From Antedon mediterranea (lineage: Eukaryota > Animalia > Echinodermata): a stretch of 64,000 nucleotides of DNA. The stretch is from positions 23,791,432-23,855,431 of the forward strand of contig NC_092679.1 of the NCBI RefSeq assembly GCF_964355755.1. The letters run 5' to 3'. Below are positions 39,909 to 51,749 of the stretch, one piece after another; within the stretch, counting starts at the first letter, position 1, and every line of letters begins with the position of its first letter. The notes below the pieces were generated by a model. It worked only from the letters and a program-made list of their open reading frames with translations. It searched no databases and had not been told where the DNA came from. The translations under genes were made by a program, and so were the position numbers.

Positions 39909-41934
39909 TTATTAATGTAACAATTTTAAATTTTACTTGGGCAGTTGGGCAGTAAAATAATGTGCAATAATCGATACAGTAGTCGATCCATTATGGATAA
40001 GTAACGATATTTAATTTGGTCCTGAGTATGTTGCAGATACCACTGTCTAATGTTAGTACAGTAACAATTTAAAATTTGACTTGGGCAGTTATAGTAAAAT
40101 AATGTGCAGTAATCAATACAGTAGTCGATCCATTATGGATAAATAACGATATTTAATTCGATTCAGTATTATTAATATTAATTAATGTTGCCTTTTATCA
40201 GATATCACTGTCTAATGTTAGTACAGTAACAATTAAAAGTTTAACTTTGGTTCAGTTAAAGTAAAACAATGTGCAGTAATCGATACAGTAGTCGATCCAT
40301 TATGGACAAGTAACGACGTTTAAAATGTTGTCAGATTAAGTTTTTTGTTGGCTTTTATCAGTCTAATTCACATAAAAACGGTTACTTTTTTTTAGTAATA
40401 GTGTGCAATCGATTATAGTCTAATCTATACCTTACCAATTCCCTAAGTGATTATGTTGAATTCGAACTATTATTTACTTTACTATTATGTTATGTTATGT
40501 TAAAAAATGTAGCAAATTTAGATTTCGTTGCCTTTTTTCATAGACATATTATCACTAGTGTCTAGTGTGTAATTAAAACAATATTTAAATCGAGTTATAA
40601 TAATAATGCACAATAATCGGTACCGGTGTCGATCATTATGAGTGTAATTATTTAGTTTATCTGAAAAATATTCTTAAAGTATATTATTTTGATCGAAATA
40701 ATGATTTTGATATAATATTGATTGTTCAAAATGTTACCCTAAAATACAAATCTGCTGTTGGTTATTTGTGTTTTTTTAAAGTAAATAAAATAAAAGTCAC
40801 TCGTTATCGTAAATGTGTTTGTATTATCGACATTGTTGATCACGAATGGAGCAAAAAAGAGAGAAAGAGAGAAAAAAATGATTCATACTTCATGGATAAA
40901 CCCATTTTGGGCGAGTTTCTAAGAGTTTGATGTTTGATGATTTGGTACAGCAAACAACTGCTCTCTTTATTTATTGTTTTATCATTCTGCTGTGTATTTA
41001 TTGTCAGTCTGAGTCCGTATCACGTATTTCTAACTCAGCTGAACGCCATAAGACGACATACGCGCCGAGTATATAGCCGAATAGGGGGAATCTGCGGACC
41101 TTTAGGACTGCTGTCTGAGCTTATGTACAGGATAAAGTTGCTGTCATTGGTGTTTTTGTCATCCCCAATATGTACTGCTGCCATTAAAAAAAGATTCAAC
41201 CTTGTATCGCTTCACATGAATAAACCCATTTGGGCGTGGCCCTAAAATGTTGCTGTTTGGCGCCCCGTACAGGATAAAGTTGCTGTCATTGGTGATGTAA
41301 TCATTAGTAGCCCACTGCGAATGATATCCAATAAAGTTTATCCTTGTATCGCTTCACATGAATAAATGCATTTTTACCCCCCTATGTTATGATCCCCACA
41401 GGCCCCATGTACAGGCTGTGACCCGGCAGCAATATCGAATATTGCATCTCGCCCTAATACGCACCTAACTACATCATCAAACATTTTGTATCTTTTCACA
41501 TGAATAAATCTTCCGGGCGCCCGGTCTAGTCACGTATACATATTTCATTAAAGGAGTGGCGAGGGCTGATCAAGTTTTTAATTAATAACTTTCATTCATT
41601 CATTTATATCAGTGGATTACATATAAAATATACATAGAAATTATGTTCGCTCTGAGATATACAAAATCAGATAAGTAAAAAACAATTAAAAAGTGTCGGA
41701 TCACTCTTGTACGACGGTATATGACAAGATTATTCAGTGTCCGAATGGCAGCTGGATAAAAAGCTGTTACGAAGTGTAAGTAGGAGGATTATTATGTTCA
41801 TACGTCGTCGCTCATACCTTTGATCTTTATTAGGCCTACACATGTTCTATATTTATAGATAATATTTCCTGCCTACAGGTGTAAAAACATTTTATATAAT
41901 TAGAAACTTTTATATCAATAAACCATGATATTTT

Positions 41935-42035
41935 TACGGAAGCCCATTCGGGCCACAAGTTAACTATATTTTAAAAGCTGTTATCTGGCGGCCGCCACTT
42001 AATTATCTGGCGGCCGCCAGATAATTAAGTGGCGG
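41935..42035. mobile_element. Truncated copy of the NotI-repeat MITE
   Basis: Matches the left end of 47543-47854. Confidence 0.8.
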
Positions 42036-42404
42036 TTTCAACATGGCTACGTTTTGTTCTAAAAAATGTAACAGTTGATTCGCAGCGTTCTATAGAGGGC
42101 CGCGCTTAGAGACACGGAATTCAATGATGGTGTTTGTTTGATTGGCAGCAGTGCTTCAGTATAGGCAAGCGAGTTGGAAAATCGTTTGATGTCACCGTCG
42201 ATGCATATCCTTCTATTCCTTAATCCATGGGTATACATAAAAGCCATAATGCTTCTCATTTTAAACTAACATTTACTCTGTACAGTAATAATGCTTATTG
42301 AAATTGCAAGCGTAAAAAAAAGACACAATGATGAGAAGTTCTAATACGATGTCTGCATATCAAGCAAAATATGTATGTGAATCCCGAATATGATGACGTT
42401 TCCC

Positions 42405-43140
42405 AAAATCGTCATCCCTCTGAAGTTTTCAAATTTTCAGAAGAATTAGTCATACCAATCATAGAGAATGTTGACAGGATAGTGCCAGAAGGCTACGGCG
42501 CAATGGTGAAGCAGCTTTTATATAGAGCTTTGGGAGAACTCTATACTTATTTACTGATTTATTTTCGAAACAAATGTTCTCAGAATGATGTAGCCCTGTA
42601 CGAAAATAAACCTCTCCATTACTACACATTAGGAGCTGAAATGATCTTCCATGATAAATGGTATGACCAAGGTGCAGGTGGGAAAGCTCATGTAATAATA
42701 CACCATTACTTATTGGGCAATTCGGAAGCATTGCAAAAGGAACTTATGGAGTTTGAACCAATACTCATTGAAATAAAGACAATCACTATTTGATGAATAG
42801 ACTGAGTAGTATTGGCTTTAGGCCAGGATCATATCTAATGCTGAACGCCTGGGCCATGGATGAGAAGTTTCATACATTTGCCAAATCTAAAATGTGGTTT
42901 CGTGTAAATCCTGTCATACTTGTTTTGTATATAAAGGCCAAAGTATCATTTAAGGATGGCGACCTAGATAATGTATCTGCGATTGAGAAGAAAATGAAGG
43001 CATGTTTGAAGAACATTCTGGGCGTTCATTTACGTGATGTCACAAAAGCATTGATACGTACACATTATAGAAGTTGAAGCACTAGAGGTAACGAGAATGC
43101 TATACTCTCCTCACAAATTGTAGTAGACCTGATAGGGTTG
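42405..43140 (+). pseudogene. cGLR paralog A: 5'-truncated relic containing only part of the C-terminal helical domain
   Basis: Homology to the other paralogs starts abruptly at RHPSEVFKF (~42410). A 1-nt deletion near 42772 (GAAATAAA vs GAA AAT AAA) and a second frameshift near 43055 disrupt it. No Mab-21 domain is seen upstream. Confidence 0.85.
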
Positions 43141-44838
43141 AATGATAACAATATATAAGACTCATTGCCACAATCGACGTAATGGATTAGAGTTAAATAC
43201 TGATAAGCACAGTATCGACGACACAAACGCTTTTAATTCAAGGAGCAGAGTTTCATTTTCTCTGTTACTTAACCTTCATAATATCTTGAGCAATTGTGTT
43301 TGCCTTGCCTTGTGGACAAATAAATAAACTATGGGACAATGTAGCAAATACTATACGTATATGCGTATTTTATTATTCTAATTTATACAATTTTAGTCGT
43401 GATTACATATGTGTGCATTATATGTAACACAAGTTCATTACCACCCCGAAGAGTCCAAAAGATATTGGAAAGGTTAAACAATAACCTACGCTGTGATGAT
43501 AATTGACAATGTTATCAAAAATAATAGTTAATAATTAACAATGTAATATTGTAATTAGCATAAATATATCTGAACTTCAACCCGCTTGTAGGCCTACATG
43601 TCCTTTCAAATAAACAAATAAATAATCCGAACTCTTTTGAAAAGCTGCTTCGCGGATCTTTACTATCAACATTATATTACTAGTTTAAACAAAAATAATC
43701 ATATTATTATTATTGAAAATTGACATCCTGTTCAAATAGAATTGTCTATTTTAGTTTGTAAATGTATGAATCGAACGATGGTGAGAGAATGTGTTACTGC
43801 TGACGTATTGTCTCTCTCGGTCCATGCTCGGTCCGACAATGTGTAAACCTTTCTTAAGAAACCATTAAAGTCATAATTATCATTTCAGCCATAATGCTTC
43901 TCATATTAAATTAGCAGTTAATGAAAAATGTAAGACATTCTGATTTCATGTGAACTCAAAATTTAAGTCAAATGATTTTTTTCACATCCCCAACTGCGAT
44001 GAAGCCAGAATACTAGACAGAGAAAAGCACACAGAGTGAGAGGGATTGAAAAAGATTTGTAAGATAGGCCTAGTACTTTTCCTTTATATTTACCTAAGGC
44101 AAGCCAAGATATGAGCACTTTAATTTCCATTATACTGGATAACAAGAAATCTGTATCTGTATGCGGCAATAGAACAAATAATTGTGATGGATTAATGAAT
44201 AGTCATTAATCCATGGTTATATACAAATTTTTAGTTTTTTCCACTTTTTGTTTTAACATTATCATTAGCTGTTAGTATAGATTGCATAGGCTTTGTCCAT
44301 GTTTTAGGAATAGCTACCGTACAATTATTGTACTATGATATATATCAAGAAATCAACACATTTATATTGAACTATTTATATAATAGAATACTACATTCGT
44401 CATTTTAGCAAATCCTTAACATACTACATTTTTGCCACTATCATAGTAACATTTTATAAAACAAATGTTGACTTGTAATTATAACTGTTATACCATAATA
44501 CTTCATTGCTGAACGTTATGACCTCATTTATTTGCTTAAATGTAGATGTCATCTTACTGGGTAAACACTCAATTGACATGCTAATCATATTATACTGCTG
44601 GGCCACAATAAATAACGTTCTTTGTATTATCATTCACATTTGGATTCTAGGGTATAATTTAATAATGTACTTTGGAACATCCGGGTTTGTTCCAAGCTAT
44701 TTTACTACACAAGTCGCAATTGTTACAGAGCTGTTGACCATGACAATCAAAAGCTATACAGTACTGTTATATTATTCATAATAGTGTAGCCTAGGAAGTT
44801 TTGTTTATTGTACATCAGTAGAGAATCAGAAATACATC

Positions 44839-46950
44839 ATGAGTGAGAACATGCAACAGAAAACAAATCAAGAATTAGAAATATTTGCCAGCAGCATCAT
44901 TGAGCTGAAATCAGTTGGTAGATCACGAAGAATCATCGAAGCTACTGTTGGACAGGAATTTTTAAATTGTATGTCAAAAGTATGCTTACAGTTGCCAGTA
45001 CGTGCCGATAATATTTTGTCTGGAAGTGTATTTGATGGAATGCCTGACGAAATTTGCGGTGACATCGACCAAATGTTGATTTTTGAAATGATATTTCCAG
45101 TTGTTCGGTGGCCATTTCAAGCCGTAGTCACCAATCATGAATGTGGGTATGTAATGGCTGAGCATAATCCAAGTCATCCAGCCTACCTGGGACTTAAGGT
45201 TGTTGACAAACAGTTCCTGCATGAGAACATTCAAATTACTGTTGAAAACGGGTATATGATGTCAACCAGCTTCTTAAATGTATGTAAATACTATGATTTA
45301 GAGGAAGATGGGCTTCGTGTATATAAGACACAAGGTCCAGCAACTGTATCAGCATTACAAGCGGACCAAGTATTCGGAAAAACGAGAGACATAGTTTTCT
45401 GTTTAAAATGTCAATCATGGCCGCCTATCACTGATGATTTCTTTACTAGAGAGAGGTTAAACAAGTGGCCATCACAAGAGCTGTTGAACAGTATTTCCGA
45501 TTTAGATTGTCTTGTAGTGGCAGTTGGACACCCTTCTAGTGCATTTTCAAAAGAATTTGAATGGCGATTGTCTTTTTCTGTAGCGGAAAAGAAACTCATG
45601 CACGAAATGTGTGGACCATACTTCAACTGCATGATAGCACTCAAGGCACTTAAAAACAAGCATTTTGTACCCAGTGATCCTGACAAACCAACGCCGTTCT
45701 GCTCCTATTTCATAAAGACCGCCTGCTTGTGGATGTGTGAAATGTTCCCACATAAAGATGGCAGTAACATGGACTTGATTAGAAAAACGTTGGACTGGCT
45801 TATTGATTGCTATAAACAAGGGAATCTGCCTCATTACTTTATTCCCAGACAGAATTTAATCGGACATCTTTCAAGCGAACTCTGTGAGGAAACGATGACA
45901 AAACTGACAAAATTAAAAAGAGATCTGTGGAAGATGGTAATGTCTAGTCATGTTTTTATTGACCATTCAGTGCTTAATGTTATAGACAGTGTGTGTAATG
46001 CACTACGTATCACTGGAGTAACAGTATCTGATGACTATACAGCACTTGAGAATATTTTACTGAACCACCCAATGGCAAAGTCAACTCGTGTTATGGTGAA
46101 TTATCTGCTATCCAGTGGAAATCAGCTCTACATAAAGTTAGACAATTTAGAAACTTCGAAGATGACAGGAATGGATTTAATAGAGGGCAAGTTTATAAGA
46201 CTTGAACGTTTGTTTACACAAGGTCATCATCCCTCTGAACTTCATAGACTTCCAGAAGAAATCATCATGCCACTTATTGGGAAAGTTGGCGGGATAGTTC
46301 CAGAAGGCTACGGCGAAATGGTGAAGCAGCTTTTGTATAGATCTTTGGGAGATTTGTACACTTATTTGTTGATTTATTATCTGAGCAAGTTTTCTAAAAA
46401 AGATGTGGTTCTGTACGAGAATAAACCGCTCCATTACTACAAATTAGGAGCTGAAATGATCTTTCCTGATAAATGGTCCGACCAAGGTGTGGGTGGAAAA
46501 GCTCACGTAATAATATACCATTACTTAATGGGGAATTATGTACAATTGAAAAGAGAACTGATAGAGTTTGAACCAGTACTCGTTGAAAATAAAGACTTTT
46601 TGATGAACAGACTGCCTAGTATAGGCTTTTCGTCAAGGTCATATCTAATGGTAAATGCCTGGGCCATTGATGAGAAATTCCAGCAATTTTTCAAATCTAG
46701 ATTGATGTTTCGCGTCAATCCTATAACTCTTGTTTTGTATATTAAGGCCAGAGTATCACTTAAGGATGGCGACCTAGAAAATGCGTCGGCAATTGTGAAG
46801 GAAATAAAGTCCCGTTCGAAGAAATGTGATGTCACAAAGTCCTTGATTGAAATTATAGAAGTTGAAGCACTAGAGGTAACGAGAATGCTATACTCTCCTC
46901 ACAAGAAAATTGTAGTGGACCTGATAGGGGTGGATGATTACAAGAGATAA
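44839..46950 (+). CDS. cGAS-like receptor (Mab-21 nucleotidyltransferase, cGLR) paralog B, 703 aa, with C-terminal TPR-like helical region
   Basis: Uninterrupted ORF. Motifs: SGSVFDG..GDIDQM (GS plus DxD), third acid RDIVFC, WPP, EWRLSFSVAEKKL, SYFIKTACLW and LPHYFIPRQNLI. Confidence 0.92.
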   Translation: MSENMQQKTNQELEIFASSIIELKSVGRSRRIIEATVGQEFLNCMSKVCLQLPVRADNILSGSVFDGMPDEICGDIDQMLIFEMIFPVVRWPFQAVVTNHECGYVMAEHNPSHPAYLGLKVVDKQFLHENIQITVENGYMMSTSFLNVCKYYDLEEDGLRVYKTQGPATVSALQADQVFGKTRDIVFCLKCQSWPPITDDFFTRERLNKWPSQELLNSISDLDCLVVAVGHPSSAFSKEFEWRLSFSVAEKKLMHEMCGPYFNCMIALKALKNKHFVPSDPDKPTPFCSYFIKTACLWMCEMFPHKDGSNMDLIRKTLDWLIDCYKQGNLPHYFIPRQNLIGHLSSELCEETMTKLTKLKRDLWKMVMSSHVFIDHSVLNVIDSVCNALRITGVTVSDDYTALENILLNHPMAKSTRVMVNYLLSSGNQLYIKLDNLETSKMTGMDLIEGKFIRLERLFTQGHHPSELHRLPEEIIMPLIGKVGGIVPEGYGEMVKQLLYRSLGDLYTYLLIYYLSKFSKKDVVLYENKPLHYYKLGAEMIFPDKWSDQGVGGKAHVIIYHYLMGNYVQLKRELIEFEPVLVENKDFLMNRLPSIGFSSRSYLMVNAWAIDEKFQQFFKSRLMFRVNPITLVLYIKARVSLKDGDLENASAIVKEIKSRSKKCDVTKSLIEIIEVEALEVTRMLYSPHKKIVVDLIGVDDYKR

Positions 46951-47542
46951 AGCTGATAGATCGTACGCCAATGCAAAGGATTATTGGTAGGCTAAAGGTC
47001 CAGATGCTTCCTTTTCAACTCCTGTCACGAAACAGAGTTCTGCAGACTATCAATTTCTAGCATAATGGTTTGATGTGCCCAACAGGACTGTAAGTGGGTT
47101 ACATGGATTACAGATAACTCTTATTACCACTACTGGTTAACATTCATATCCACCTCAGGCCCACAATAGTATTGTAGAACAGCTGCTTGATTGTTAGTGT
47201 CTCTCCCGTTAAATAAAGTCATATTATATTAAACTAGCCTCATATTTCTATAATCCTCTGCTACACTTTACGATTTCTTATGGAAGGATTCTCTGTACCC
47301 TGTTATACTCTAAATAATACCTGTTCGGACAACTCTTTACCAAAAATCTTTTAAAACCGTCAATATTCCCCTCCTGACATTCTAAGGAGCTTCGTTAATG
47401 ATACAATGTATTTTAACAATCTGTAACATTTTACAAAGTTAAATAATTTGACATATATTTCTACCATGTCTTTTTTATTGTGGTTGTCAATCGTTTAATA
47501 TATTTTATATTTAGCGTTGTATGTATTATTTCTTTAAAAATA

Positions 47543-47854
47543 TACGGAAGCCCATTCGGGCCACAAGTTAACTATATTTTATAAGCTGTTATCTGGCGGC
47601 CGCCACTTAATTATCTGGCGGCCGCCACTTAATTATCTGGCGGCCGCCACTTAATTATCTGGCGGCCGCCACTTAATAATTGGTACATATCCCGTCACGT
47701 GACATGTACGTGCATTGGATCAGAGGCGATGTTGCATGCAATAAAAGGCATGATTGCCTGATAATTAAGTGGCGGCCGCCAGATAATTGAGTGGCGGCCG
47801 CCAGATAACAGCTTTTAAAATATAGGTAACTTGTGGCCCGAACGGGCTTCTGTA
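47543..47854. mobile_element. MITE with ~65-bp TIRs and internal 22-bp GCGGCCGC-containing repeats
   Basis: TACGGAAGCCCATTCGGGCCACAAGTTA... / ...TAACTTGTGGCCCGAACGGGCTTCTGTA. There are four direct and two inverted TTATCTGGCGGCCGCCACTTAA units, and TA at both ends. Confidence 0.85.
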
Positions 47855-48210
47855 CAATATAATCGTTTAGATTATATACTTCTTTTAACCTCTCCGATAC
47901 CTTAGGACTTTTCGATGATAGACTTGGGTTACATAAATTGTGCAAATGTAATCAAAGATAATGGTATAAAGTGGAATAATATGAAAATGTCTAGGTACAG
48001 TATTTGATATATATTTTATAGTGAATTGTCTTTGTCCACAGGCCATGAAATTCATTTGTCATACAATAGTTGCTAAAATTATTATAAAGTTGGCGAAATG
48101 TTGCTCTATATAAACTAAGACTCATTGGTAGTTTTACATTGACTCCACACGATCGACTGTGGCAATGAGCATTCTGTTATGGTCATTCAACCCTTTCGGG
48201 TTCACTACAG

Positions 48211-50249
48211 TTATGTTATAATTTCAATTAATGTCTTTGTGACATTACGTAACGGAATACTCCACATTATCTCCAAACGCGAATTCATTTTTTTTACAAT
48301 CGCGGATACATTTTCCGAGTCTCCGTCCTTAAGTGATACTTTGGCCTTTATATAAAACACGAGTATAATTGGGTTCACGAGAAACCACAGCCGAGATTTG
48401 GCAGATTTCTTGAATTTTTCATCTATGGCCCAGGTATTCAGCATTAGAAATGATCTTGAAAAAAAGCCTATACTAGTCAGTCTATTCATTAAATAGTGAT
48501 TGTCTTTATTTTCCACGAGTATTGGTTCTAACTCCATAAGTTCCTTTTTTACTTCTTCATAATTGCCCATTAAGTAATGGTGTATTATTACATGAGCTTT
48601 CCCACCTACACCTTGGTCAGACCATTTATCAGGAAAGATCATTTCAGCTCCTAATTTGTAGTAATGGAGAGGTTTATTTTCGTACAGAACCACATCAGTT
48701 TGAGAACATTTGTTTTGAAAATAAATCAACAAATAAGTATACAGTTCTCCTAAAGACCTATATAAAAGCGGCTTCACCATTGCGCCGTAGCCCTCTGGCA
48801 CTATTCCTTCAATACCTTCAATTATTGGTATGACGATTTCCTCTGCTAGCCTAAAAACCTCAGAAGAACGACGGCCATCTCTTATAAATCGTTCAAGCAT
48901 TGAAGCAGTTCCCTCTAATAGTTTAATACCGGCCATCAACGATGTTTTTACATCAGCTAATCTTCTGTACAAGAAACTTCCTGCACATAACCGAGAATTC
49001 GTTTTTTCAAGTTCAACTGTGGCCTTTGGGTGGTTGAGTAGCATGTTTTCAAGTGTTGCATAATCATCAGATTCAGTTACTCCACTGATTTCTAGGGCGT
49101 TGCACATATCGTTTACAACCCTAGGTAAGATTGGATGACGCCTGGCGTGACTTGACATTACCATCTTCCACATATCTCTTTTAAATACTGCCAGTTTTAT
49201 CCCAGTTTTATCCCCGTTTCCTCACAAAGTTCTCTTGAATGATGTCCAATTAAATTCTGTCTGGGAATAAAGTAATGAGGCAGCTTCTTTTGTTGATAGC
49301 AATCAATAAGCCAGTCAAGAATTTTTCTGATTAAATCCATGAGACTGTAATCATTATTTGGGAATGTTTCGCACATCCACAAGCAGGCTGTCTTTATGAA
49401 ATAGGAACAGAATGACGTTGGTTTGTCAGGATCACTTGGTACAAAATGCTTGTTTTTAAGCGCCTTGAGTGCTATCATGCAGTTGAAGTATGGTTCACAC
49501 ATTTCATGAATAAGCTTCTTTTCTGCTACAGAAAAAGACAATCTCCATTCATTGTCTTTTGAATCGGTACCAGGGTGTCCAATTGGCACTACAAAACAAT
49601 CTAAATCAGAGATCGTATTCAAGAGGTCTTGTGATGGCCACTTGTTTAGCCTCTCTCTAGTAAAGAAATCATCAGTGATAGGCGGCCATGATTGGCATTT
49701 TAAGCATACAACTACGTCCCTCGTTGTTTTGAGTATACTGTCTATTGGCGCTGCAGAAACATTCGATGGACCTTCTGTTTTATATACACGAATCCCACCT
49801 TTCTTCAAATCATGGTGTAACGCGTCTATGAAGTCGGTTGACTTCATATACCCGTTATCAACAGTAATTCTAACATCTTCATGCAGAATGTCTTTGTCAA
49901 CCACCTTAAGTTTCAGGTACGCTGGATTACTTGGATTAGGCTCAGCCATTACATAACCACATTCATGGATGTTGACTACGGCTTGAGATGGCCACCGAAC
50001 AACTGGAAAGATTGGCTTAGTCATCATTTGGTCGACGTCACCGCATAAATTGTCAGGCATTCCTTCGAACATACTCCCAGACATAATATTTTCGTTTGGC
50101 AAGCATACCTTTGATAGACAGTTAAAAGTTTGCTGTCCAACATTAGCTTCGATGATTCTCAGTGATCTACCAACTGCTATAAATTCAATGATGCTGCCGG
50201 CAAGTCTTTCCATTGCTTGATTTGTTTTCCTGTCAATGCTATCACTCAT
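48211..50249 (-). pseudogene. cGLR paralog C, split into a 350-aa Mab-21 ORF (49197-50249) and a 320-aa C-terminal ORF (48211-49173)
   Basis: An 11-bp tandem duplication, CCAGTTTTATC (49191-49201 and 49202-49212), shifts the frame relative to paralog D. The catalytic motifs SGSMFEG, DVD and RDVVVC are intact. The last ~25 codons are also lost by a deletion near 48215. Confidence 0.8.
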
Positions 50250-51749
50250 GATGACTTTCTGATTATTTCTACTCAGGACATTAACAAAACTTTCTAGCCT
50301 ACAATATGTTTGTTAATATCATAGAAGATTGGTGATTTCACAATGTCGAGGCTAAAATAGCTGAAAGTAACTCAGAAGTTCCAAAGTCCATTTTATTAAA
50401 ATCTACTCTTGATCAGATAAATTATATTAATACAAATAACGTTATGTATTGTGTCCTAATATATTATATAGTACGTCAATTAAGTGTTTAACCAGTGTAA
50501 AAATGTGAAATTCGAGTCTCGGTTGGAATAACTTTTCCTTTTATAAAACAATGGTCATTCGTTACTTGTAATAGTCCTGTAGACAAATGATGTCATCCAA
50601 ATTTGGAACCCATAATCTTCTGTTTGATATACAGGCTTATTCTACCATTACTTCTAGTGTCTGAACGTTAAATAAGCGTTAGATTCAAAGTAAAATAAAT
50701 GCGAATTTAAAATGAGTAAAAAAATGGCTTTCTGAATGTATGTGATTTTAATAGTTTCTTAACAATTAAAGTTTGCAGTGTCTGACTGAGAGAGGTAGTG
50801 TATCATCATCAATGACGAAAAGCGTAGCAGTAGCAAATGCTCTCGTCATCGAGTTGCAGAGCGTAATAGCGACCATAATAACTAATGCATAACACCGTAG
50901 TCAGAGCCATCCGATTCATCCAGCTACAATAGACCAGCAATACATTTTAGTACTTATACAGTAATACATATTCATCCAGAAGCAGCATTTTGAAGAATTT
51001 GAGTCATTGATTAGTTTTATTTGCAAGGTCATGTACAAGCGGGTTAAAGTTTAGATACATTTATATGTGTTTACATTGTAAAAAGATCCGTGAAGCAGCA
51101 TTTCAAAATATTTATTTATACTGAATATGATATTTATACATTGTTAATTATTAATTATTATCTTTCATAACATTCTCAATTCTCATCATTGTTCCTAAAC
51201 GAAATAACCAATGATAACCAACATAATGGTTCAAATATTGAACTTGTTTAACCTCTCCAATACCCTTAGGAGGACTATTCGGGGTGATAACTTTTAATGG
51301 ACATAGTGGTTACATAAATGCGCAAATGTAATCACGGGTATTTTATTTGTTTACAATGCCGTGAATTATATTGGCATACAGTTTGATCAAAATTGAATAT
51401 GAAGGTTAAGTAACACTCAGAAAAGAATAAAAATATGTAGAGCTACAAAATTACTCTGAATGAAAAATGATATGGCCGTAAATGCCACAATTCATCTACT
51501 CGCTTCTCGATTTAGTCTTTAAAAATAGTGTGGGATATCTACCCGACTGATCCGCAGTCAGTAGTGGGAAGCAGTTACATCTGAACATTTTATAAGAGCC
51601 AGTTCAACAAGTTTGAGAAATATTGTTGTACAAACTAAGTCTCATTTAGTTTTAAGAAGTTCCTGTATTCGTAACAACAGAGAACTGCTCTTTGAAATAA
51701 CAGCATCTGTGACGTCAAGCTTCTTTATCAGTATTTTAACTCTAATTCA

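Larger units (their letters stand above)
36919..41528. mobile_element. Academ-like non-autonomous foldback DNA transposon (~2.1-kb inverted arms, ~0.5-kb spacer)
   Basis: Termini TAGACCGGGCGCCCGGAAG ... CTTCCGGGCGCCCGGTCTA. A 3-bp TSD, GTC, lies at 36916-36918 and 41529-41531. The arms pair inward to ~39027/39541. The spacer encodes the fragment YRKGK..SINEARYQSF..LPPC..QHLLRANYVSIMW..P..YG, typical of the XPG-like/C-terminal region of Academ proteins. Confidence 0.85.

Noticed and set aside
37228-41245. Duplicated signal-peptide-like ORFs MMIWYSKQLLSLFIVLSF.. (37228-37512 minus, 40934-41245 plus)
   Set aside because: They are mirror copies inside the transposon arms, have divergent ends and show no recognisable domain, so they are most likely chance ORFs in TIR sequence.
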